Shown here: in pieces, positions 54,859 to 63,142 of the stretch
Layout: each line of letters begins with the position of its first letter
How positions within the stretch are numbered: the first letter of the stretch is position 1
Source: an uncultured Opitutia bacterium
GTDB taxonomy: Bacteria; Verrucomicrobiota; Verrucomicrobiia; Opitutales; Opitutaceae
Direction of reading: 5' to 3'
Assembly (NCBI GenBank): GCA_903881475.1
Contig: CAIRTK010000028.1
Location: 6,194 to 70,193 of the forward strand
Length of the DNA: 64,000 bases
Program-made: the position numbers and the translations under genes
Notes under the pieces: generated by a model
What the model was told of the DNA's origin: nothing
Database searches by the model: none
The model's input: only the letters and a program-made list of their open reading frames with translations

Positions 54859-55563
54859 ATGAAACCCTCCATCGCGCTCGTGGGAGATTTTTCGCCCGAC
54901 GTGGTCGCGCATCGCGCGATCCCGCGGGCGCTCGAGCTCGCCGGTGCCGCCGAACACCGGGAAGTGGCCTGGAACTGGGTGCACACGGCCTCGATCCAGG
55001 AGGCGGCCCGCGACCTCGCTGGTTATGCCGCCCTGTGGGTCGTGCCCGCCAGCCCCTATGCAAGCATGACCGGCGCGCTCGCGGCCATTCGCTGGGCGCG
55101 CGAAACCCGGCGGCCCATCGTGGGTTCCTGCGGCGGCTTCCAGCACATGCTGATCGAGTTCGCCCGGACCCGCGCCGGGCTGAACGAGGCGGATACCGCC
55201 GAGACGAATCCGGAAGGGCGGGAACAGGTCGTCTCGCAGCTGGCCTGCTCGCTGGTGGGACAGTCCGGCAGCCTGCGCTTCACGCCTGGCAGCCGACTGC
55301 AAGAAATTTACGGCCGCGACACGGCCACCGAGGGCTACAACTGCAGCTATGGGCTGAACGAAGCCTATCGGGCGGCACTTGAGGCCGCGGGCCTGCAGTT
55401 CACCGCCTTCGACGAAACCGGGCAGATCCGTGCCGCCGAGTTGCCGCGGAGCGTCCATCCGTTTTTCATCGGCACGCTCTTCCAGTCCGAGCGCGCCGCC
55501 CTGCGCGGCGAAATCCCGCCCCTCGCCCGGGCCCTGGTGAGAGCGGCCCACACCATCCCATGA
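54859..55563 (+). CDS. Stand-alone class-I glutamine-amidotransferase-like protein related to the CTP synthase C-terminal domain
   Basis: PIVGSCGGFQHMLIEFAR.. supplies the nucleophile-elbow Cys. ..VHPFFIGTLFQSE aligns with CTP synthase HP.F...QFHPE. The gene starts 1 nt after the EamA stop and overlaps the next gene as ATGA. Confidence 0.72.
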   Translation: MKPSIALVGDFSPDVVAHRAIPRALELAGAAEHREVAWNWVHTASIQEAARDLAGYAALWVVPASPYASMTGALAAIRWARETRRPIVGSCGGFQHMLIEFARTRAGLNEADTAETNPEGREQVVSQLACSLVGQSGSLRFTPGSRLQEIYGRDTATEGYNCSYGLNEAYRAALEAAGLQFTAFDETGQIRAAELPRSVHPFFIGTLFQSERAALRGEIPPLARALVRAAHTIP

Positions 55564-55994
55564 ACCCGATCCAGATCGCCCTCGCCCAGTCCGACACCGA
55601 CATCGCCCGTTGTTTTCCTGTCATGGCCCAGCTGCGACCGCACCTAGCGGAGGACGGGTTTGTCGCCCGCGTCCGCCGCATGCAGGCGGAAGGGTTCCAC
55701 CTCGCCGCCGTCACCGAGGACGGCACGGTGCGTGCGGTCGCCGGCTACCGGTATCATGAAAAGCTTTTCTCGGGCCGCACGCTCTACGTGGATGACCTCG
55801 TGAGCGACACGAGCCACCGCTCGCGCGGCCATGGGGCCCGGCTGCTCGACTGGCTCGCCGGCCAGGCCCGCGAACGGCAGTGCGATGTGCTGGAACTCGA
55901 CTCCGGCGTGCAGCGGTTCGACGCCCACCGGTTTTACTTCCGTGAGCGGATGAAGATCTCCTCCTACCACTTCATCCGGCCGCTCAGGGAGTGA
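55560..55994 (+). CDS. GNAT family N-acetyltransferase
   Basis: ...LYVDDLVSDTSHRSRGHGARLLDWLAGQARERQCDVLELDSGVQRFDAHRFY. Confidence 0.85.
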   Translation: MNPIQIALAQSDTDIARCFPVMAQLRPHLAEDGFVARVRRMQAEGFHLAAVTEDGTVRAVAGYRYHEKLFSGRTLYVDDLVSDTSHRSRGHGARLLDWLAGQARERQCDVLELDSGVQRFDAHRFYFRERMKISSYHFIRPLRE

Positions 55995-56748
55995 GCCAGG
56001 ATTTCAGGGTCGCGGCGTCGCGCAGGAAGCACTCGGGCGCGTCGCGCTCGACAAACTCCAGCATCGCATAGCGGTCGCCCGCGGCCCCGGCGGCGATGGC
56101 GAGGAACTCCCGCCAGCGCTCCGCGCCATCGGCCAGCGGCAGGCGCACGGTTGAGGCCGGGTGCCAGTGATAGACGTGCAGGTGCGTCACCACCGGCAGC
56201 AGCGAGCGCAGATCCCGCACACAGCCGGCCGTGTCGCGTTCCAGCGGCGGCTGCCAGTAGCTGAAGAGATTTGGGTGGCCGACTTCGCCCAGGAGCCACC
56301 GGGCGGATTCCGCCGTGTCCGTCAGTGTGCCGTTATGAAACTCCAGGGACACGCTCACCCGCGCCGCCGCCGCCAAGGCCGCGATGCGGGACAGATCGGA
56401 CACGACCTGCGCCCGCTGTTCTAGGCTGGCCGAGGCCGATCCGACGGCACCGGCCCAGACGCGCACCGTCGGCGCGCCCAACTCAATGGCGCTGTCCAGC
56501 ACCGACCCGAAAGACAGGCCCGCGGCCTCGCTCTGACCGGCGCGATAATAGCTGCCATAAGCCGCGACCGACAGCCCCGCTTCCAGGGTGAGTTCGCGCG
56601 CTTCCCGGGCCCGGGCGATGTTGCCATGCGGCACATGGATGTCGCCACCCCATTCGATTCCCCGCAGGCCGGCCTGGCGCACGAGCGCGGTAACCTGCGC
56701 CGGAGACAGCGCACGAAAGGTGATCGAGACCAGTCCCGGGTGAATCAT
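55984..56748 (-). CDS. Sugar phosphate isomerase/epimerase (TIM barrel) family protein
   Basis: ATG at 56748 gives MIHPGLVSITFRALSPAQV...GIEWGGD...VRVWAG...SLEFHNGTL.... Confidence 0.78.
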   Translation of the reverse strand: MIHPGLVSITFRALSPAQVTALVRQAGLRGIEWGGDIHVPHGNIARAREARELTLEAGLSVAAYGSYYRAGQSEAAGLSFGSVLDSAIELGAPTVRVWAGAVGSASASLEQRAQVVSDLSRIAALAAAARVSVSLEFHNGTLTDTAESARWLLGEVGHPNLFSYWQPPLERDTAGCVRDLRSLLPVVTHLHVYHWHPASTVRLPLADGAERWREFLAIAAGAAGDRYAMLEFVERDAPECFLRDAATLKSWLTP

Positions 56749-56802
56749 GCGCGCAGCTTGGCCCGCGGGACAGTGCGGGCCAAGCCTGCACATCGCGCAT
56801 CG

Positions 56803-58917
56803 TCAGGCGCCAAAGGCGAGGACCGCCTTGAAAAACAAGAGGATGCCGCCGACCAGCGCGCAGCAGCCAAGGAAACCCAGCGTGTCCACCCGGTCCCACT
56901 TGGTGAATTCCCAGTTGGATTTCGGGAAGAGCTTGCGGTCGTCGTAGCGGGCGGGATTCGCGTAGCTTTGCTGCACTGCCACCGCGTCCTCCTCCAGGGT
57001 CGCCGACACCGGCGTCTTCAACCGTACGTAGAATCGCGCCACCCGGACCGGATCCGTTGGCGACGTGAGGAGGCTGACCACGATCAGGATCAGCACCGGC
57101 AGCACGGCATCAACCAGATAGCGCGTCGTCATCAGGCCGGCGGGCGTGAAGGCCGTGATATCCACCCCCAGCAGGGAAAGGACATACACCTCGACCCGGA
57201 ACAGTCCCACCCCGGTCCGGGGCGAGCTCAGGTCATGGGGATTGGTGTGCACCACCCCTTCCTCAAAGTACACGGAGACCGGCTCGATGACCTGAACCCG
57301 GGTGACCGGCTCGCCGACGGCCGCGGCCTGTCCGGCGGCCACATCGTCGGCGGTCGCCCGGCGGGTGTGGGTGACCGTCCGCTCCCGCGTCATGGCGGTC
57401 AGCGCCGCCGACCGGGCCAGGGCGGGAATGGCCGGCACAATCCAGGGAATGACCGCCACGAACAGCAGCGTCGCCACCACCTGCACGCGCACCGCGGTCT
57501 CGGTCAGCCGGCGCCAGAGGAAGATCAGCGTGATGGGCACGCCCCACACCACCAGCAGCACGATCGCGAACTTCAGCAGCGCCACGACGCTGTTGAGGTA
57601 GAGGCCGATGCCCATGCCCAGCGCCAGCATCACCGGCACGGTCAGGCGGGCGATCACCATGTAATGCCGCTCGGACTTCCCGGGAAACAGCGGCTCGTAC
57701 AGGTTCTTGACCACCAGCCCGGCCAGCACGACGGAGCCGGCGCCGAGCAGCGCGAGTTTGCCGCCGAGGATGCCGACGATCATCAGGCCGATAAGGCCGA
57801 CCGGCAGCAGGGCGCGGGTCAGCAGGCCCCAGGTCTGGTCGGGATCCGACAGGTTGGGCCCGAACAGGGCGATCGCGATCAGGCCGCAGAAGCACCAGGC
57901 AATCGTGACGAACCGCTTGCTGAAGCCGCCCGTGACCGCGCCGATGCGCGCCGCGTATTCGCTCTTGGCCGAGCCGGCGATGGTCATGCTGGCCTGCGAG
58001 CCGACGATGCCGACGAGCTGGACCAGCAGGAGCGCCGCGATGGAGTACCACGTGTACTCGCTGGCATTGCCGCCGCCGAACACGTTGAACATCACCTCGG
58101 GCACCCTGGCGTGCAGCCCCGCCACCCCGCCGATCCGGGCGAGGCCAAACGGAATCAGCACGAGCGAGATCAGGATCACCAGCACGGCCTGCACCGCGTC
58201 CACGACCGCCGAGGCCTTGAGCCCGCCCAGCATCACGAACACCGCGACCAGCACGGAGGACGCGAGATAGAACGGCACGGGCGAAAGGTAGGACACATAG
58301 GGCTGCAGCTCGCCGCGGTCATAGAAGCCCTTGAGCACCTCGTAGCGCGCGGCTTTTTCCGGCGACAGCGAGGCCGCGAGCCGCTCCTTGCGCAGCACGG
58401 AGAATTCCTGGAAATTGCCCACCTCCTCCCGGTCCGCGGCGGTGTAGGCCGACGGCGGCTTGACCATCATGGGCTGGAGGGTTTTCAGCGCGACGACGTT
58501 GCCGCCCGCAATGCCGACGACGGCCATCAGGATGGTGCTCACGGCATAAAGCGTGGCGAGAAACCGCCGGCCAAACCGGTCCTGAAAGAGGTCCGCCATC
58601 GTCGTCAGCCGCACCCGGCGGAACCAGACGTTCGTGAACCAGTAATACGGCGTCAGGAACAGCGTGATCAGCGCCAGCCAAGCCCCGCCCGCGCCCTGCC
58701 GGTAAACCGAGCTCGCCGTGGTCGTGGCCTGCCCCGGGTCGGTCATGTTGCCGAAGCTGAGGAAAAACTGGAACCACTTGCCCAGCGAACGGCCGCCGAG
58801 GAAGAAATCGTTCTCCCCTTTGACGTTGCCGGAATGGACCTTGCCGATGACCAGCACGGCGAGCACGTAGGCGATCAAAATGAGCGAATCGATCCAGTGC
58901 AGGCCGAACAAAGTCAT
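56803..58917 (-). CDS. Sodium:solute symporter (SSF) family transporter, long form (704 aa)
   Basis: N-terminus IDSLILIAYVLAVLVIG...DFFLGGRSLGKW. Many TM segments are present. Confidence 0.85.
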   Translation of the reverse strand: MTLFGLHWIDSLILIAYVLAVLVIGKVHSGNVKGENDFFLGGRSLGKWFQFFLSFGNMTDPGQATTTASSVYRQGAGGAWLALITLFLTPYYWFTNVWFRRVRLTTMADLFQDRFGRRFLATLYAVSTILMAVVGIAGGNVVALKTLQPMMVKPPSAYTAADREEVGNFQEFSVLRKERLAASLSPEKAARYEVLKGFYDRGELQPYVSYLSPVPFYLASSVLVAVFVMLGGLKASAVVDAVQAVLVILISLVLIPFGLARIGGVAGLHARVPEVMFNVFGGGNASEYTWYSIAALLLVQLVGIVGSQASMTIAGSAKSEYAARIGAVTGGFSKRFVTIAWCFCGLIAIALFGPNLSDPDQTWGLLTRALLPVGLIGLMIVGILGGKLALLGAGSVVLAGLVVKNLYEPLFPGKSERHYMVIARLTVPVMLALGMGIGLYLNSVVALLKFAIVLLVVWGVPITLIFLWRRLTETAVRVQVVATLLFVAVIPWIVPAIPALARSAALTAMTRERTVTHTRRATADDVAAGQAAAVGEPVTRVQVIEPVSVYFEEGVVHTNPHDLSSPRTGVGLFRVEVYVLSLLGVDITAFTPAGLMTTRYLVDAVLPVLILIVVSLLTSPTDPVRVARFYVRLKTPVSATLEEDAVAVQQSYANPARYDDRKLFPKSNWEFTKWDRVDTLGFLGCCALVGGILLFFKAVLAFGA

Positions 58918-59023
58918 GGGGTAAGGAAGAGCCGAGGGGTGGGATGGTTCCCGGAAAGGAGTCCCATTACGCAGATCCGTTTTGCGTCAAGCAAGCCCCG
59001 CCTGCGTCAAAAACCGCGGGCGG

Positions 59024-60661
59024 TCAGCCCTTGAGATCGTTGTCCTTCGTCTCCGGCAGCCACAGCAGGCCCACGACCAGGGACATCGCGGCCACGCCGA
59101 TCGGATACCACAGGCCCGCATAGATGTCGCCCGTGAACACCACGATGCTCGCGGCGATCAGCGGCAGGAATCCGCCGAACCAGCCGTTGCCGATGTGGTA
59201 CGGCAGCGACATCGACGTATAGCGGATCCGCGTCGGAAACAGCTCCACCAGGAACGCCGCGATCGGCCCATAAACCATCGCGACATACACCATCAGCAGC
59301 GTAAGCAGCGCGATCACCGCCACCCGGTCCACCCGCGCCGGGTCGGCGGCCTTCGGGTAGCCCGCGGGGGCGAGCGCGGCCTCGTAGGCCTTCGCGTCGA
59401 ATCCCTTCACCTCCGCCCCGCCGACACTCAGCACCAGCGCCGCGTCCGCCGGGGCCGGGGCCAGCGTGAAGGGAATGCCGCGGCCGTTGAGATAGTTCCT
59501 CGCCTGCCCCGTTTCCGAGGCCGCGAGCTTGAGACCAATGATTTTTCCCGCGGCGTCCTGCACGGCTTTCAGCGTCAGCGCGAACCGGCCGCGATACTCG
59601 GCCGTGTGCAGCACGACCGGGGTCCGGGCCATGGCCTCGGCCAGCGCCGGGTTGGCCGCGCGGGTCAGCCCGTGGAAAACCGGCTGGTAGGTCAGCACGG
59701 CCAGCAGGCAGCCCGCGAGCATGATGAACTTGCGGCCGATGCGGTCGGACAGCCAGCCGAACAGGATCAGGAACGGGGCGCCCAGGATCAGCGCCGCCGC
59801 GATCAGCAGGTAGGTGTTCTCGTAATCGAGCCTCAGCGTCGTGCTGAGAAAATACAGCGCATAGAATTGGCCGGCGTACCAGACCACGCCCTGCCCCGCC
59901 GTCGCGCCGAACAGCGCCTTCAGCACCAGCTGCGCGTTGCCCCAGCGGGCGAAGCTCTCGGTCAGCGGCGCCTTCGAGGTTTTTCCCTGCGCCTTCATCT
60001 CCGCAAACACCGGCGATTCCTCCAGCTTCAGGCGGATGTAGATGGAGACGGCCAGCAGCACCACCGAGACTAGGAACGGCGCGCGCCAGCCCCAGGCGGC
60101 GAAGCTCTCCGGCGTCATCAGGTGACGCGTGAGATAAATCACCGCGAGCGAGAGGAAAAAACCGAGGGTCGCCGTGAGCTGGATCCAGCTCGTGAACAAC
60201 CCGCGCTTGCCGGCCGGCGCATGCTCCGCGACATACGTGGCCGCGCCGCCATATTCGCCACCGAGCGCCAGGCCCTGGGCGATCCGGAGCACGACGAGGC
60301 ACACGGGCGCCCAGAAGCCGATCGTGGCGTACGTGGGCAGCACGCCGACGAGCGCCGTCGCAAGGCCCATCACGACGATCGTGACCAGAAACGTGTACTT
60401 CCGCCCGATCAGGTCGCCGATCCGGCCGAACACCAGCGCCCCGAACGGGCGCACGGAAAAGCCCACGCCGAACAGCGCGAGGCTGGAGAGAAAGCCCGCG
60501 GTCTCATTGCCCGGCGGAAAGAACAGCCGGCCGAAGAAGGCCGCGAGCGTGCCATAGATGTAGAAGTCGTACCACTCGAAGACCGTGCCCAGCGAGGAGG
60601 CGAAGACGACGAGCCGGTGTTTCTGGTCCAGCGTGGCAGAGGAACGGGCGGGGTGACTCAT
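59024..60661 (-). CDS. MFS transporter, metabolite:H+ symporter (MHS) family, with ~100-aa central insertion
   Basis: SSLGTVFEWYDFYIYG...RPFGALVFGRIGDLIGRK...GGEYGGAATYVAEHAP. Confidence 0.88.
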   Translation of the reverse strand: MSHPARSSATLDQKHRLVVFASSLGTVFEWYDFYIYGTLAAFFGRLFFPPGNETAGFLSSLALFGVGFSVRPFGALVFGRIGDLIGRKYTFLVTIVVMGLATALVGVLPTYATIGFWAPVCLVVLRIAQGLALGGEYGGAATYVAEHAPAGKRGLFTSWIQLTATLGFFLSLAVIYLTRHLMTPESFAAWGWRAPFLVSVVLLAVSIYIRLKLEESPVFAEMKAQGKTSKAPLTESFARWGNAQLVLKALFGATAGQGVVWYAGQFYALYFLSTTLRLDYENTYLLIAAALILGAPFLILFGWLSDRIGRKFIMLAGCLLAVLTYQPVFHGLTRAANPALAEAMARTPVVLHTAEYRGRFALTLKAVQDAAGKIIGLKLAASETGQARNYLNGRGIPFTLAPAPADAALVLSVGGAEVKGFDAKAYEAALAPAGYPKAADPARVDRVAVIALLTLLMVYVAMVYGPIAAFLVELFPTRIRYTSMSLPYHIGNGWFGGFLPLIAASIVVFTGDIYAGLWYPIGVAAMSLVVGLLWLPETKDNDLKG

Positions 60662-60736
60662 GGGGGTGCCCTACCCCAGTGGGTTCGCCGGCCCGGCGCA
60701 AGCTGGCGATGTTTGGGGCCAATTCCGTCGGCACGA

Positions 60737-60829
60737 GGTGGAACGCGTTGCCCTCAACGCGTTGTGCACGGCAGACTGGTTTGAATGTAGACGGAGCCAA
60801 ACAACGCATTGAGGGCAACGCGTTCCACC
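60737..60829. repeat. 28-bp inverted repeat GGTGGAACGCGTTGCCCTCAACGCGTTG / CAACGCATTGAGGGCAACGCGTTCCACC (family G)
   Basis: The arms lie at 60737-60764 and 60802-60829 with one mismatch. A single copy lies at 31803-31831 and a fragment at 17651-17665. Confidence 0.85.
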
Positions 60830-60841
60830 GTTCCGACCTGC

Positions 60842-61864
60842 TCAGCGCCCGGTCGCCATCGGGCCGCCGGTTTCCTGCTTCAGGCTGCGTGTCATCAGCG
60901 CGCGGATTGCGCCGGCCGGGGCCTTGTTCTCGAAAAGGATCCCATGCATCTCGCGGAGGATCGGCGCCTCGATCTGCTTCGCGAGGCAGAGCCCGTGGAA
61001 GGACTGCGCGGTCTTGTAGCCCTCGACGACCGTCTTCCGGTTCGCCATCAGCGCGGCCACGCTCTTGCCGCCGCCCACCTCAAAGCCGAACTCGCGGTTC
61101 CGGCTCCACGCGCCGTGGCACGTCGCCACCAGGTCGCCGAATCCACTGAGACCGTAAAAGGTCTCCGGCCGGGCCCCGAGCGCCACGCCGACGCGCACCA
61201 TCTCGGCCAGGGCGCGGGTGAGCAGCGCGGCCCGGGAGTTGTCGCCGAGCCTCAATCCATCGCAGCAGCCGGCGGCGATGGCATAGATGTTCTTCAGGCT
61301 GCCGCCAAACTCCACGCCCGGCAGGTCGTCGCTGGTGTAAACCCGCAGGGTCGCGCCGCTCAGCGCCGCCTGCAGCTCCTGCACGGCGGCACTGGCCGGC
61401 GCCACGGCCAGCACCATCGCCGCGGGCAGCCCGCGCGCGACCTCAGCGGCGTTGGTCGGCCCGGTGAGCGAGCCCGCGTGGCCGCCCGGCAGCATCTCCG
61501 CGATCACCTGCGAGGGCCGCAGGTGCGTGCCCAGTTCCAGGCCCTTGGCCAAGCTGATCACGAGCGGCGGATGCGCCCGGCCCAGGTGTTCCCGGAGGCG
61601 GGCCGAGGTTTCCCGCAACGCCTGCGCGGGGCAGGCCAGCAGCACCACCTCCGTTTCGGCCAGCGCCGGGGCCAGGTCATGATCAATGCGGAGTGCGGGC
61701 GGCAGCGCGATGCCCGGCAGATAATCCGCGTTCTCGCGCGCGGCCGCCAGCGCCTGGGCCTGCTCGGCCCGGCGTGGCGCCAGCGTGACTTCCTGGCCAG
61801 CCCGCGCCAGGTGGATGGCAAAGGCCGTGCCCCAGGCCCCGGCGCCGATGACGGTGAATTTCAT
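60842..61864 (-). CDS. gpsA: NAD(P)H-dependent glycerol-3-phosphate dehydrogenase
   Basis: ATG at 61864 gives MKFTVIGAGAWGTAFAIHLA.... Also SLAKGLE, GPTNAAEVA, GSLKNIYAIAAG and SRNREFG. Confidence 0.93.
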   Translation of the reverse strand: MKFTVIGAGAWGTAFAIHLARAGQEVTLAPRRAEQAQALAAARENADYLPGIALPPALRIDHDLAPALAETEVVLLACPAQALRETSARLREHLGRAHPPLVISLAKGLELGTHLRPSQVIAEMLPGGHAGSLTGPTNAAEVARGLPAAMVLAVAPASAAVQELQAALSGATLRVYTSDDLPGVEFGGSLKNIYAIAAGCCDGLRLGDNSRAALLTRALAEMVRVGVALGARPETFYGLSGFGDLVATCHGAWSRNREFGFEVGGGKSVAALMANRKTVVEGYKTAQSFHGLCLAKQIEAPILREMHGILFENKAPAGAIRALMTRSLKQETGGPMATGR

Positions 61865-61875
61865 GGCGGGAAGGA

Positions 61876-63012
61876 TCAGTCGGCCTGCGGACGCAGCAGG
61901 CAGGTGCCGAGGTGCGGGCGCGCCGCACTGGCGGCGAGATCGTGATAGGTCACCGCACCCTTGACGAAATAGTGGCAGACCATCGCGCGGCGGGAACGCC
62001 GGACATCCCGCCGTGGCGCGCCCCCGTGGATGAGGTTCGCATGCCAGAGGAACACATCGCCCTTCCGGGCGTGAAAGTAAGCGGGCGCACAACCTTCCCG
62101 CTCGAGCATCCGCTGGATAAAGGGCTCGTATTTCTCCGCGTAGGCCACGTAGCCGGCCGCGGCAAATTCGCCCGGTTCAATGCCCACTTCCCGGCTGAAA
62201 ACATAGGGCAGGCGGTGACTGCCCGGGTAATAGACCAGCGGACCGCTGTCGGGATGGATATCCTCAAACGCGACCCACGCCGCCGTCAGATAGCCGAGCG
62301 GATAGGTCGTCATGTGGATCGAGTCGGAATGGGCCGCCTGCTGGGTGCCCTTGTGCGAGGCGATGGACTGGAACGGCGCGGGTTCGCGGTCCATCAGCAG
62401 GCGCACCAGGCGGAGGATTTCGGGGTGCCGCAGCACCGGGCACAGCCCGGCAACCTTGAGATGCGGATCCAGGTAACGGCCGGGCCAGGGATCGTCGGCC
62501 GAGATCTTGTCGGTCGGCAACGTGATCGCGCCGTTCCGGATCGCCTGCTCATAGCCGGCCCAGCCCTCGTCGAGCAGATGCTCCGCCACCGCGCCGGGCA
62601 GCACGAGAAAACCGTCGCGGACCCATTGGCGGCAAAGCCCGGCGTCGGCCGCGGTGATTGCGCCGCGGCGCAGCCTTTCCTCCACCAGCTCCGCCCATTC
62701 CGGCCGGTCCAGCCAGGGATGCGGACCGGCGTAAGGAAAATGCTCCGCGCGATAGGCCGGCAGCGCCGTTTCGTCGACCGGCTGCTCGCCGAAAAACGGC
62801 TCCGTCCGCTCCGGCTGGCGGCCCAGCCGACCCTCGGCGTGGCCGAACTTTTCGAAATGATCGCGGCCCGAGGCAAACTGCCCGGCGGCGATGCCCGCGC
62901 GCACATCGGCATTCATGGCGAGGTACTCCCGCTCGCTGAACCGCCGGCCGAGAACGGTTTCGACCCCGTCTTCGGTCGCAGCGGATGAAAGGGGCGGCGA
63001 CGCTCGTAGCAT
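61876..63012 (-). CDS. Phytanoyl-CoA dioxygenase (PhyH)-like Fe(II)/2-oxoglutarate oxygenase family protein
   Basis: AHSDSIH supplies the HxD. ...FLWHANLIHGG supplies the distal His, and ...RRS supplies the Arg. The N-terminal YL.MN.DV....G.F.SG..HF..FG..EGR motif is present. Confidence 0.7.
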   Translation of the reverse strand: MLRASPPLSSAATEDGVETVLGRRFSEREYLAMNADVRAGIAAGQFASGRDHFEKFGHAEGRLGRQPERTEPFFGEQPVDETALPAYRAEHFPYAGPHPWLDRPEWAELVEERLRRGAITAADAGLCRQWVRDGFLVLPGAVAEHLLDEGWAGYEQAIRNGAITLPTDKISADDPWPGRYLDPHLKVAGLCPVLRHPEILRLVRLLMDREPAPFQSIASHKGTQQAAHSDSIHMTTYPLGYLTAAWVAFEDIHPDSGPLVYYPGSHRLPYVFSREVGIEPGEFAAAGYVAYAEKYEPFIQRMLEREGCAPAYFHARKGDVFLWHANLIHGGAPRRDVRRSRRAMVCHYFVKGAVTYHDLAASAARPHLGTCLLRPQAD

Positions 63013-63142
63013 GGCACCCGAGGTTGAACGCCGCTACCCGGGGGTCAATCGGACATTGGTAACGGTAGCGCAGCATCCTGCCTGCGCTACGTTCCCGGCC
63101 CTGGTCCGAGAGAATCCCTCCGTTGCGCGGCGGGCGCGCAAC

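Noticed and set aside
56626-59034. An 802-aa plus-strand ORF opposite the SSF transporter.
   Set aside because: It is an extremely H/R/Q/D/G-rich shadow frame. The minus-strand product has coherent TM segments and the SSF N-terminal motif.
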